Both the position numbers and the translations under genes were made by a program. Shown here piece after piece: positions 55,246-64,000 of a stretch of DNA of 64,000 nt. The DNA lies in NCBI GenBank assembly GCA_038062915.1, contig JBBTWD010000002.1, positions 5,189 to 69,188 on the forward strand, read 5' to 3'. Positions within the stretch are counted from its first letter, which is position 1, and each line of letters starts with the position of its first letter. The stretch is from Patescibacteria group bacterium (GTDB lineage Bacteria; Patescibacteriota; Microgenomatia; UBA8517). The notes under the pieces are model-generated. The model was not told the origin of the DNA and did no database searches. It was given only the letters and a program-made list of their open reading frames with translations.

Positions 55246-57011
55246 TTTTGTTTAATAATACTTTTTCGTATTTCTTGAGTTATATCTAATAAATCTCCGT
55301 TTTTAGTAAACTTGAAAGCAAAAACTTGATTTAAGCTAATTTTTTCTTGAGGATAACCAAGACGTAAAAAGGCTTTACCGTCTGTGACTGTTGAAACTAC
55401 TTCAGTGTAAATATTTGTAAATGTCGGTATTAGACTTGCATCTTTAATTTTATACTCCAAAGCCATTCGAGGGGGGAAGCCAAAAAGAATGGTGTTGTTT
55501 GCAAGGCCTGGATTTTCCTTGTCATCAAAATAAAAGACAAGCAATTTATTTGGATATTCCCTTGGTAAATATCTAAATAGTTTACTCCACATTAAGTCAG
55601 TTACCGCTACGTTCCTCGTAGCGTAGAGGTTGTTCATATATTTTCTATCGTTTTTAATGTTAAAAGTGAGCATCGTTAATAAAATAACTGTTGTTAAAAA
55701 AGCAACTCTTATATTGATTTTTGAGGCGATTACAAGAAGTGAGGAAAGTGTTATTGCTACCCCTGCCAAACTTAATGTTAAATATCGGCCATCAGAACCC
55801 ATAATCGCTCCGGGATTAAAAACTAATGGTACGATAAATGATGTGAGTATAAGAATTGGCCCAGAAGCCATGCCGACCCATTCAATGTTTTTTTTCTCTA
55901 ACTTTGATATAAAAAGGATATATATAGCCCAAATAAGAAAAGTGATAAAAAATATTCCGATAAAAGTATTTATTAAGATTAAATACATTCCTTGATCGTG
56001 TGGGAATTGCTTGAACACAAAAAAAGTAAGCGTAAAATTGGTAATCAAAATTAATAGTATAAAAAGATAGTTTTTTAGTTTTTGGATAGTTATGCTTGAA
56101 AATATAAAAAATATTATTGATTCAACGATGAGGCCAATTGCGATAAACCACTTATACCAATTAGCCCCAATAAGTAGCGTGATAGATCCAAGATTAGGAG
56201 TAAATAGATCCGGCAAAAAAGCTTTACCTAGATTGGTTATAAAGGCGCTAATAAAAGTGTAGTCCCCCGTCTGAAACATACGAGTAATTACCGTTAAGTT
56301 GATAATATTTGTTGCATGCACTTCGCCAAAAAAACCCATTCTATAAACTGCAAGTGCAGACAATGACAGACAAATCTGTCTAATCAATGTTGTTTTAAGG
56401 GTAGCCTGGGCTATCGCCACTGCAAAAATAAAATCAAAAAATAATACAAACGGTAAAAGACCGTGACTTCTAATTGGATTGACTGCCAAGCTTACTGCAA
56501 ATAAAACACAACCAATGGCAAACTTCCAATAAGTACCTTTGAAGGAACCTATCAGAAAAGTCAGAGAGATAAATAAAAACAAGGTTACCAAATAAACATT
56601 CATATGAAGTACATAGTTGGAGGATTCAATACCGCTATATCCAATTGCGATAAATAAACTTCCAATTAACGCAGCCGCCTTAGATTTGATAAATTTGGAT
56701 AAAAATATATATCCTGCAAATGCAGTCAATACCCTTAAGCCCATGGAAACAAGAAAGTATCCATAACTAGCATACTCAAAAAAATGTCGAATAATAATCA
56801 AGCAAAGATTCATCACTCCCCACGGTTGGGTATAACCGCTCAAGGAAAAGAAGGGAAACTGATTTCCAGGACCATAATGCTTATCAATTACATAAAACAT
56901 GAACCAATCGTCACCAAAAAGTGAAAATTGGAGCGATTTACCAAAAGCAATGTAAATTAATAACGAAAATAATAATGTAACTGATAAATAGATAAACAAT
57001 TTAATCTTCAT
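55242..57011 (-). CDS. GT-C fold membrane glycosyltransferase-like protein
   Basis: LFGDDW acidic first loop, more than 12 TM helices, GRYL, soluble C-terminal tail. Confidence 0.7.
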   Translation of the reverse strand: MKIKLFIYLSVTLLFSLLIYIAFGKSLQFSLFGDDWFMFYVIDKHYGPGNQFPFFSLSGYTQPWGVMNLCLIIIRHFFEYASYGYFLVSMGLRVLTAFAGYIFLSKFIKSKAAALIGSLFIAIGYSGIESSNYVLHMNVYLVTLFLFISLTFLIGSFKGTYWKFAIGCVLFAVSLAVNPIRSHGLLPFVLFFDFIFAVAIAQATLKTTLIRQICLSLSALAVYRMGFFGEVHATNIINLTVITRMFQTGDYTFISAFITNLGKAFLPDLFTPNLGSITLLIGANWYKWFIAIGLIVESIIFFIFSSITIQKLKNYLFILLILITNFTLTFFVFKQFPHDQGMYLILINTFIGIFFITFLIWAIYILFISKLEKKNIEWVGMASGPILILTSFIVPLVFNPGAIMGSDGRYLTLSLAGVAITLSSLLVIASKINIRVAFLTTVILLTMLTFNIKNDRKYMNNLYATRNVAVTDLMWSKLFRYLPREYPNKLLVFYFDDKENPGLANNTILFGFPPRMALEYKIKDASLIPTFTNIYTEVVSTVTDGKAFLRLGYPQEKISLNQVFAFKFTKNGDLLDITQEIRKSIIKQK

Positions 57012-58054
57012 TTTATAATTCTATATAAAACATCAAAAAACCAGCTTTGAATAGGATGTGGAGATCGGGAATTTATAACCTTCCAGCTTTTTGGGATCGG
57101 GTAATTTTCTTTCCTAATGAATTGATTGTCTGAAACTCTTGATCTTATCCACTGTTTTGTGTAAAAAAAACTTTTTGTTATTCTTTCTATCTCTTGAAGA
57201 TAATTTTTTATTTGAGGCCTTCTCATCTCATGTAGAGAGCTAATATTGACTATCAAATCAACATAATTTTTGGGCAACAAATGTATTTGATTGGCCATTA
57301 AAAATCGTATTCTACTAGCCTTAAATTCTTTCTCAATTTTATTAAATGATTCAAATTTTCTGTAATAAAAAATCTTTTCGTTAGGAAAAACTTTAGATAA
57401 GTACCACTGTGACACAAAAAGAGCTGGGGGGATGTCTATCACGGTATAATTTATTTTTCTCATAAACTTAAGAAATATATATGCCGTTCTACCATATCCT
57501 GCACCCAATTCAGCAACTTCCTTCACTGTATTTTTGTCAATTTGATCCATAATGGTGTAAAACTCATACACAGAATTGCAAAGATCTTGTGAAATAGTTT
57601 TACCTTTATAAAATATGGTAAAGGGATTGCCGACAGTCGGTTCTTTAATTTTTTCAAAAATATTTAAGTGATCAAATTTAGAAACAAAATCAAATAAACA
57701 CGCGACATAAATTTTATAAAAATAGGCAAAAATTGGATGAAACTTTTTTATTCCGTCTTGCTTTTGAGCAAAATCATTAAATTCAACTGAAGTAAACGGC
57801 TTTAGGTTAACTTTTAAAATCTGTGAGACTATAACAGGAAATTCATGAATATAGATTCCAAAAATATTCCAGCCAAAACCAAAATATTTTCCATTTATAG
57901 ACCGCTTAAAATTCTTAAGGCCCGATTTATTAATTTGATTATTATGCACCATATTAAGACCTTCCCAAAAACTAGATGGGTGAAAGATTTTAGGGCTAGA
58001 TTTTAAATCACTTAACATTTCGTTTAAACCTATGCCTTTTAGCTTGTCATTCAT
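57008..58054 (-). CDS. Putative sugar O-methyltransferase
   Basis: PSSFW, GLKNFKR, EPTVGNP, ISQDLCNS, AELGAGYGR, IDIPPAL, NISSLHEM. Confidence 0.85.
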   Translation of the reverse strand: MNDKLKGIGLNEMLSDLKSSPKIFHPSSFWEGLNMVHNNQINKSGLKNFKRSINGKYFGFGWNIFGIYIHEFPVIVSQILKVNLKPFTSVEFNDFAQKQDGIKKFHPIFAYFYKIYVACLFDFVSKFDHLNIFEKIKEPTVGNPFTIFYKGKTISQDLCNSVYEFYTIMDQIDKNTVKEVAELGAGYGRTAYIFLKFMRKINYTVIDIPPALFVSQWYLSKVFPNEKIFYYRKFESFNKIEKEFKASRIRFLMANQIHLLPKNYVDLIVNISSLHEMRRPQIKNYLQEIERITKSFFYTKQWIRSRVSDNQFIRKENYPIPKSWKVINSRSPHPIQSWFFDVLYRIIK

Positions 58055-58083
58055 TAGTAGTATAATAACACAGCCTTCTTAAG

Positions 58084-58842
58084 ATGCCCAAAATGATGAA
58101 TAGAAACAAAAAAATATTTGCAATACTAATTTCGTATAACGCCGAAAAGACCTTGGAAAAATTTTATAAAAACTTTCCTAAACATTTATTTAGTAAGATC
58201 ATTCTAGTTGATGATGCATCGCATGATAGAACTTACTATCTAGCCAAAAAACTTGGCATCAAATCATATCGAAATCCGAAAAATTTAGGCTATGGTGGAA
58301 ATATGAAAAGGGCAATGTCTATTGGCCTTAAATTGGGCGGAGATGTTTTGGTTGATATCCACCCAGATGGAGAATATAAGCCATCTGCAATAGTACCCGC
58401 ATTAAAAAAGATTGAGAAGGGTGCTTTACTTGTATTGGGTAACAGATTCCATTCATCTAATGATCCCCTCAAAAGCGGTATGTATGTTTGGAAATATTTT
58501 CCCATTAAAATCTTGAATTTTATTAGCCGGCTAATTCTAGGATTAAAAATCAATGATTATCATCAAGGATTTAGGGTCTATACCAGAGAATTGCTGAATA
58601 AAATTAATTATGGGGATGATTCGACTGGATTCCTTTTTAGTTTTGAATTAATAGCTCAAGCTGCATTTTGGAAAATTTCAGTAGCACAGGTTCCTGTTGA
58701 TACAAAATATACGGGTAAAAAAAGAGGTGCTACTCTTAAAAAGAGTATCGCTTACTCTTTAGAAATCTTTTGGGTATTACTACTTTATATACTTGCTAAA
58801 ATCGGACTAAAAAATAAAATATTCCTCAAACCAAACTCTTAA
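58084..58842 (+). CDS. GT2, polyprenol-phosphate sugar synthase-like
   Basis: SYNAEKTL, LVDDASHD, NLGYGGN, IHPDGEY, DYHQGFRVY; C-terminal hydrophobic helix. Confidence 0.85.
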   Translation: MPKMMNRNKKIFAILISYNAEKTLEKFYKNFPKHLFSKIILVDDASHDRTYYLAKKLGIKSYRNPKNLGYGGNMKRAMSIGLKLGGDVLVDIHPDGEYKPSAIVPALKKIEKGALLVLGNRFHSSNDPLKSGMYVWKYFPIKILNFISRLILGLKINDYHQGFRVYTRELLNKINYGDDSTGFLFSFELIAQAAFWKISVAQVPVDTKYTGKKRGATLKKSIAYSLEIFWVLLLYILAKIGLKNKIFLKPNS

Positions 58843-59950
58843 TTAAAATTAAACTCTGTCTTATTGATTTTCCCCAGGTAAACTTCTTACTCCAGGAAAT
58901 TGCATTTTTTGACATCCTTTCCCAAGATTTGGAATCTTTGCATAATTTTATTGCATTTTCCGCCAAGCTTTTAAAGTCCCCCAATGGAGACAGTAAACCA
59001 GTTTTTTCATTAACCACAGAGTCCTTGATACCAGAAACAAGGTAACCAATCGCTGGGGTACCAACAGAATTTGCCTCAATGTTAACTAGTCCCCATCCTT
59101 CTCTTATCGAGGGATTTATAAAAACATGGGCGCCAGATAAAAGTTCAAACTTTTTTTTGTCATTAACATATCCCCAAAATTTTATATCTTCACTTATATT
59201 TAATTTATTACTAATGGTTTTAAGTTCAGTTAAATAATTTTTAGTCCCCCAGCCCACTACCCAAAACTGCCATCCAGCTTCTTTAATGTTTATTAAACTA
59301 AAGGCCTTGAGGGCATCTTCTATCCCCTTATCTTTTGCTAGGGCACCTAAAAAAATGGCCGTTTTTCTTGTCTGCCTATTTCGATCAACTTTGATTGGAT
59401 TGACACCGTTATAAACTATCTTTATATTCTCTTTTGGCACACCCCAATTTACTAAATCTGTTTTTGTTGACTCGGAAACTGTCATAAATGGAATGTTTTT
59501 ATATAAAAAATTAAACATTATTGGTTCAAAAACAGTGCCAATAATTCCTGGTATATAATTTAATGGCCTTGGCCAAGGGTTAAACCACCAAACTTCTTTA
59601 GCCACTTCGTGAATAAGGGCAAGTTTTTTTGTCCTTACATAGATTGGAGTAAAAAATGGAATCCCATGAAATTCATCGACAACTAAATCATATTTGGGAT
59701 GTTTGTTAAATAAATACCAATAAAACGCTTTAATTTTAACCCCAAAGACATCTCCCCCTTTTCGTATTATTTCGACGCCATCAATAAACTCAGTTTCTTT
59801 CGCATTCTTAAAATACGATGTGAAGAGTGTAACTTTATTACCAGCCTTAACCCACCCTTTTGCATGCTCAAAGGTGGCAATTTCAGCGCCACCAGACAAG
59901 GGATGTTTTAGTCCCCTCCATGAAAATATTAAAATCTTTAGTTTTCTCAT
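58826..59950 (-). CDS. GT4 glycosyltransferase
   Basis: WRGLKHPLSGGAE, DEFHGIPFFTP, TVSEST, REGWGLVNIEANSVGTP. Confidence 0.9.
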   Translation of the reverse strand: MRKLKILIFSWRGLKHPLSGGAEIATFEHAKGWVKAGNKVTLFTSYFKNAKETEFIDGVEIIRKGGDVFGVKIKAFYWYLFNKHPKYDLVVDEFHGIPFFTPIYVRTKKLALIHEVAKEVWWFNPWPRPLNYIPGIIGTVFEPIMFNFLYKNIPFMTVSESTKTDLVNWGVPKENIKIVYNGVNPIKVDRNRQTRKTAIFLGALAKDKGIEDALKAFSLINIKEAGWQFWVVGWGTKNYLTELKTISNKLNISEDIKFWGYVNDKKKFELLSGAHVFINPSIREGWGLVNIEANSVGTPAIGYLVSGIKDSVVNEKTGLLSPLGDFKSLAENAIKLCKDSKSWERMSKNAISWSKKFTWGKSIRQSLILIKSLV

Positions 59951-59994
59951 GTCCCTTAATAATTCCTAATGTATAATAGCCTAGATAACAGTAA

Positions 59995-61752
59995 ATGAAA
60001 AATTTTCTTTCTGCAAACAGGGCATGGATTCTTGTTTTAGCGCTTGCCTTTCTTTTGCGGACTATTGGGATACATCTAAATCCAGTTGGCCTAAGCCACG
60101 ATGACGAGCTTAATGAATTAATCAACGCTAAATCACTTGCCATAGCCGGAGTTCACGCTCCTGGCCATGTAGCAGGAGTATTTACTCCTAACGATGAATG
60201 CCCGGGTAACTGTATTCACGGAGAACTGGGTCCATTTATTCTTATTCCTTGGATGAGAATTTTTCCCCTAGATATATTTTGGTCAAAAATACCATTCATT
60301 GCAGTAGCGTCGCTTATCGTTTTCTCAACTGGTAAACTCTTCGAAAATCTATCTAAAAATCGCGCTATTGGTCTATTTGTAGGTACTCTTGTCGCAATCA
60401 ATCCATGGGCAATACACTTTGGAAGAACTGCCTATTTTACAACATTTTCATATGCTTTTTATCTTTTAGCTGCATATTTTTTTACACGGAAAAAGTCCTA
60501 TAGGGCCAATCTTTTTTACGGCGCATTGCTCTCCATAATTGCCTCTCTTTTCTACTTTGGTACCAAACCAATCCTTCCATTAATTATTATCTGGGGGATT
60601 TGCTACAATCTTTTCCAATTTAAAAAACATTATCTAAAGTTTACGGCTTTAATTATTTCCCTGACTTTAATTGCAATTGTTACATACTCCATAATACTTT
60701 CAAATTCATTTGCTGGAAGACGTATTGGTGAAATAAATATCGAAAATACAGCAACAATTGTAAACCAACAAAGGCGAGTCTCACTTGAAATTCCGTTAGT
60801 AAGGGATTTATTTATCAATAAATATATTGTGCATGTCGGGATTAGAATTGAGAAATTTATTGGTTTTTTCTCGCCAACATTTTTATATGTAAAAAGCGAA
60901 GGTAGTACTGATCTTTATTATGATTCTAACCACGCTTATAATTATTTAGCCGATTTTGCATTTTTGATATTTGGGGTAATGGCACTTGCCACCAGCTTTC
61001 CAACCGCCATTTTTGTATTGTCCCTGCTTTTAATATCGGTCGTCCCCGCCGCCATAAAGATTACGGGAGATACTATTTACACACTTCGAGCTGGGCTTGC
61101 ATATCCAATACTGACAGGAGTTTCTGGCTGGGGAATCTATTATCTATTTATAAAGTTTTCTGGCTGGTCAAGAAAAATAGTTATCTTTGTGATTATCCTA
61201 ATTTACACCGTCTCACTTAGTTACTTCTTAACTATGTATTGGTATAGAACCCCATTTGATAAAAGTATGGGCTGGTATTTTCATAAGCGGGCAGTGGCAA
61301 ATTACATTACAAGAATTAGAGAAAAAAGTGATAAAAAAATAATAGTTGTTACAGCCCAACCCGCCGACACCTTTAATGAGTATGTATTTTTTGGCGATCT
61401 TTATAACACCAAGGCTGATATTTTAGATGTTAATAAGGTCTATGATTCACAAAAATACGAATATAAAAATACCAAATTTGTAAATAACTGTGATGAACTT
61501 ACCCAAAAAGAAATAATAAGTGGATCGATCATTTTCATCGAACAAGGCGTTGACTGTCTTATTAATCAAAAGGGTACTGCAAAAATTGCAAATCCAAGGG
61601 ATGGAGGGGGAATATATGATATTGTTAATGAAAATCTGTGTGCCGGCTATCCTAAAGCAAGATTTCCTTATCCTCGAAAAATTTCTGACTTCAGTATCGA
61701 AAGATTATCCGACAGCGAGTTTTGCAAACTGTGGATCACTAACCCCGATTAA
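59995..61752 (+). CDS. GT-C fold membrane glycosyltransferase (PMT/ArnT-like)
   Basis: FLLR..P.GLSHDDE loop, AINPWAIHFGR, many TM helices, Cys-containing extracytoplasmic C-terminal domain. Confidence 0.78.
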   Translation: MKNFLSANRAWILVLALAFLLRTIGIHLNPVGLSHDDELNELINAKSLAIAGVHAPGHVAGVFTPNDECPGNCIHGELGPFILIPWMRIFPLDIFWSKIPFIAVASLIVFSTGKLFENLSKNRAIGLFVGTLVAINPWAIHFGRTAYFTTFSYAFYLLAAYFFTRKKSYRANLFYGALLSIIASLFYFGTKPILPLIIIWGICYNLFQFKKHYLKFTALIISLTLIAIVTYSIILSNSFAGRRIGEINIENTATIVNQQRRVSLEIPLVRDLFINKYIVHVGIRIEKFIGFFSPTFLYVKSEGSTDLYYDSNHAYNYLADFAFLIFGVMALATSFPTAIFVLSLLLISVVPAAIKITGDTIYTLRAGLAYPILTGVSGWGIYYLFIKFSGWSRKIVIFVIILIYTVSLSYFLTMYWYRTPFDKSMGWYFHKRAVANYITRIREKSDKKIIVVTAQPADTFNEYVFFGDLYNTKADILDVNKVYDSQKYEYKNTKFVNNCDELTQKEIISGSIIFIEQGVDCLINQKGTAKIANPRDGGGIYDIVNENLCAGYPKARFPYPRKISDFSIERLSDSEFCKLWITNPD

Positions 61753-62533
61753 TCCAGTTTTTTTTGTTCGAATAACTGTAAAAGCGCAATATTTTGAGTC
61801 TATAAAAAACTGCTAGAGTGTCGATAAATGTAAACCAGATTGTTCTTACAAACCCTTTATTGATAATGGTAGATGTACCAAAATCCATTTTTAGTTCTAT
61901 TGGGGCCTCAAATATTCTACCAAAACCCAGGGACCTGGCAACAGAAAGCATTTCTATATCAAAAGCAAATTCTTTGACGAGAAGTCTCGGTAAAATTTTT
62001 TCTACGACCTCTCTTCTAAAAAATTTCATACCCACTTGAGTGTCTCTCACATTCAACCCAAAAAGAACCTTGACCATTATTTGATAGCCAAAGGACAAAA
62101 TTTTTCTTTGCCACGGGTAAACGACTTTAGAGGCGGGATGTCTCTTTGAACCGATGATAATATCTGCGCCGTACCACTCAAAATGTTCTAGAAGCATTGA
62201 GATACTGTTTGGGTCAATATCAAGACCTTCATCTACAAAACCCACAATCTGCCCCTTGGCTTTCGACATACCAAACCTAACAGCCTCTCCCTTGCCACGA
62301 TTTTGTAGGTAGCCAACAATTCTAATTTGTTTAGGAAATCTCCTAGCTATCTTATTGGCTTTTTTAAATGTTCCGTCAACCTCGATACCGTCTATAACAC
62401 AAATAATTTCATAATTGTACCTTATCTCATCTAAAACTTTCTTGATCTTAAGAAGACTCTTGGCAATAGATTTTTCTGCCCTATAGGCTGGAATTACGAT
62501 TGAGACTACTTTTACTAAAGTTGTAGGTTTCAT
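61739..62533 (-). CDS. GT2, dolichyl/polyprenyl-phosphate glycosyltransferase-like
   Basis: SIVIPAY, NRGKGEAVRFG, IGSKRHP, RDTQVGMKFF, FAFDIEML. Confidence 0.87.
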   Translation of the reverse strand: MKPTTLVKVVSIVIPAYRAEKSIAKSLLKIKKVLDEIRYNYEIICVIDGIEVDGTFKKANKIARRFPKQIRIVGYLQNRGKGEAVRFGMSKAKGQIVGFVDEGLDIDPNSISMLLEHFEWYGADIIIGSKRHPASKVVYPWQRKILSFGYQIMVKVLFGLNVRDTQVGMKFFRREVVEKILPRLLVKEFAFDIEMLSVARSLGFGRIFEAPIELKMDFGTSTIINKGFVRTIWFTFIDTLAVFYRLKILRFYSYSNKKNWINRG

Positions 62534-63761
62534 ATCCAAAGTATATTAACAAACTAACTAGCAAAAGAATAGCTGAAAGCAAGGAAACTTTAATTATAGT
62601 AAGTATAGAATCATGAAAGATAAAAATTCCAATTATCTGAAAAATTGAGAAAATAAGCGGTAAAATTACAACCTTTACTTTATTTATAGACAGGTAAAAT
62701 GAACAAATTAAACTAGTTAGACTATAAATTGCAGCGAAAAGACCAAACCAAATTAGATATTTATCTCCCCCCAAAAATCCATTGCCATAAAGTGTTTTTA
62801 TAGCAACGTCTGGTAAAAACTTATAAAAAACCAGTACAACTATTGAAGCTACAAAAGTCAAAAGTAAACTAACAAAAAAAATGCCCAAATACTTTTGACC
62901 CCTTGAGAATTTTTTTGATATCATGGGAAACATAACGGCACCGATTGGAGCAGTTCCAAAAAGTATTATTCTGCCCAATGTCGAAAGTGAAGCATATATA
63001 CCAGCATCATGTGGACCAATAAAATGTTTTGCCAATAGAATATCTGTGGTTAAAAACGATGTTGAGGTTAATGAAAAAATAAAAGCCGGTAATGTGTATG
63101 AAAATATTTCTCTGTTAATGTTAATTTTTTTATCTTTGGAAAAAAATGTATAACCCTTCAAAAAATATAGAGTAATAAAAAAACCAATTATTCCAGAAAT
63201 AACTATTCCCAAAACTGCGCCAAAAACAGAAAATCCTAAATAAACCAAAAGTACTCCCAAAATTAATCTTAATAGCAATTCAACATTTAAAGAAACCACC
63301 ATTTGATTAAATTTTAAGATACCTTGAAGAAACGCTCTTAAAACTAAAGATAGCAATGAGAAAAATAAAAAAAACGGAACTACGAATATGCTTTTCAGTT
63401 CGACGTTCAAAAATCTAGAAAATACAGGTGAGAGAATTAAAGTTAAAACAAGAAGGGTGGAAGCTATTGCAAAACTTTTTCGGTTAAACCAAGAGAAAAT
63501 GTAATTTTCTTCGTTTTTACTTTTAGCACTAGACGCAAACTTTATAACTACCATGCTTAAAAATGTAAATATTGCAGAGAACATGGTGGCCAGTGAAATT
63601 ACCGCAGCAAGTTCCCCATAATGAATGGGTCCCAAGAGCCTTCCTATGATAAGGTGGTAAACAAATGCCAAAAAGTTAGCAAAATTACTGCCTATTACCA
63701 TGACTGCGCTACTTGTAAAAAATGGATGGGAGGTTATGTATTTAATTTTTTTCATCATCAT
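62481..63761 (-). CDS. wzx: Wzx/MOP-family flippase, second copy
   Basis: IGRLLGPIHYG, TDILLAKHF, AGIYASLSTLGR, VMFP, about 12 TM helices. Confidence 0.85.
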   Translation of the reverse strand: MMMKKIKYITSHPFFTSSAVMVIGSNFANFLAFVYHLIIGRLLGPIHYGELAAVISLATMFSAIFTFLSMVVIKFASSAKSKNEENYIFSWFNRKSFAIASTLLVLTLILSPVFSRFLNVELKSIFVVPFFLFFSLLSLVLRAFLQGILKFNQMVVSLNVELLLRLILGVLLVYLGFSVFGAVLGIVISGIIGFFITLYFLKGYTFFSKDKKININREIFSYTLPAFIFSLTSTSFLTTDILLAKHFIGPHDAGIYASLSTLGRIILFGTAPIGAVMFPMISKKFSRGQKYLGIFFVSLLLTFVASIVVLVFYKFLPDVAIKTLYGNGFLGGDKYLIWFGLFAAIYSLTSLICSFYLSINKVKVVILPLIFSIFQIIGIFIFHDSILTIIKVSLLSAILLLVSLLIYFGYETYNFSKSSLNRNSSL

Positions 63762-63776
63762 ATGTAAAAACGCATA

Positions 63777-64000
63777 TCAAGCAACCCAATAGCCCCTAAT
63801 AAAAAGCATTTCTAATAAAATACCCAACATTGCTGAAAAAAGAATAGCAGGCCGCAGGTATTTCTTATATTGTCTAATTAAATGGGGAAAAAGTAGAAAA
63901 ATTGAGATTAAAACATATCTAGGCATTGAGGAAAATGTCCCTGTGAATGTTGGTAGTAAAAGTGCACCAATTGAAAAAACCCAGTAACTTAATCTCATTT
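63777..64000 (-). CDS. C-terminal fragment of a PIG-V-like GT-C mannosyltransferase (5' end outside the window)
   Basis: LLLPTFTGTFSSMPRYVL...FIRGYWVA terminus. Confidence 0.7.
   Translation of the reverse strand, partial: MRLSYWVFSIGALLLPTFTGTFSSMPRYVLISIFLLFPHLIRQYKKYLRPAILFSAMLGILLEMLFIRGYWVA

Noticed and set aside
3067-62716. Other ACTAGT hexamers (for example near 3068, 30806, 32061, 37822, 52351) as extra TrpR-like operators
   Set aside because: They lack the flanking ATCCGTGT/ACACGGAT arms; the 6-bp core alone is expected by chance.
1-64000. CRISPR array, tRNA/rRNA, IS transposase, integrase, diversity-generating retroelement
   Set aside because: No spaced repeat array, no intergenic room for structured RNA genes, and no transposase, recombinase or reverse transcriptase ORF were seen.
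1-64000. Alternative genetic code (UGA=Gly) as in some CPR lineages
   Set aside because: Many full-length genes end in TGA, often as ATGA/GTGA/TTGA couplings, and conserved proteins are not interrupted by TGA.

Overview
AT-rich, very compact bacterial DNA. TGA is used as a stop codon, so the code looks standard. Gene content (DUF4012, DUF5667, short RecO, GlyQS, a TrpR/YerC-like HTH) suggests Patescibacteria/CPR, probably Microgenomates; this is an inference. Bases 1-8.5 kb hold housekeeping genes: the start of the dcw cluster (mraZ-rsmH-ftsL-like-ftsI, with MraZ-type boxes over the promoter), glyQS, an LCP protein, a DEDD exonuclease, a truncated Bro-N protein, a ZIP transporter and recO. 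From 8.5 kb to the window end runs a >55 kb cell-surface glycan locus. It carries a priming phosphoglycosyl transferase, manC, fcl, two RmlD-like reductases, about 10 GT4 and 11 GT2 enzymes (3 resemble polyprenol-P-sugar synthases), about 9 GT-C-fold membrane transferases (3 large AftD/YfhO-like), 2 Wzx flippases, a Wzy/O-antigen-ligase-like protein, 6 methyltransferase domains, an acetyltransferase and an AsnB amidotransferase. The most unusual items are: (i) two neighbouring GT4 enzymes, each split into separate N- and C-domain genes at the interdomain linker; (ii) between them, a TrpR-like gene bracketed by two copies of a 22-bp ACTAGT-centred palindrome; (iii) a perfect inverted repeat inside an internally deleted Bro-N gene; (iv) mini-hairpin and 7-bp-period repeat relics in frame inside CDSs, plus a 29-bp element repeated upstream of two GT4 genes 26.7 kb apart. 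I found no rRNA, tRNA, CRISPR array, transposase or integrase. All product calls come from motif recognition by eye, not database searches.
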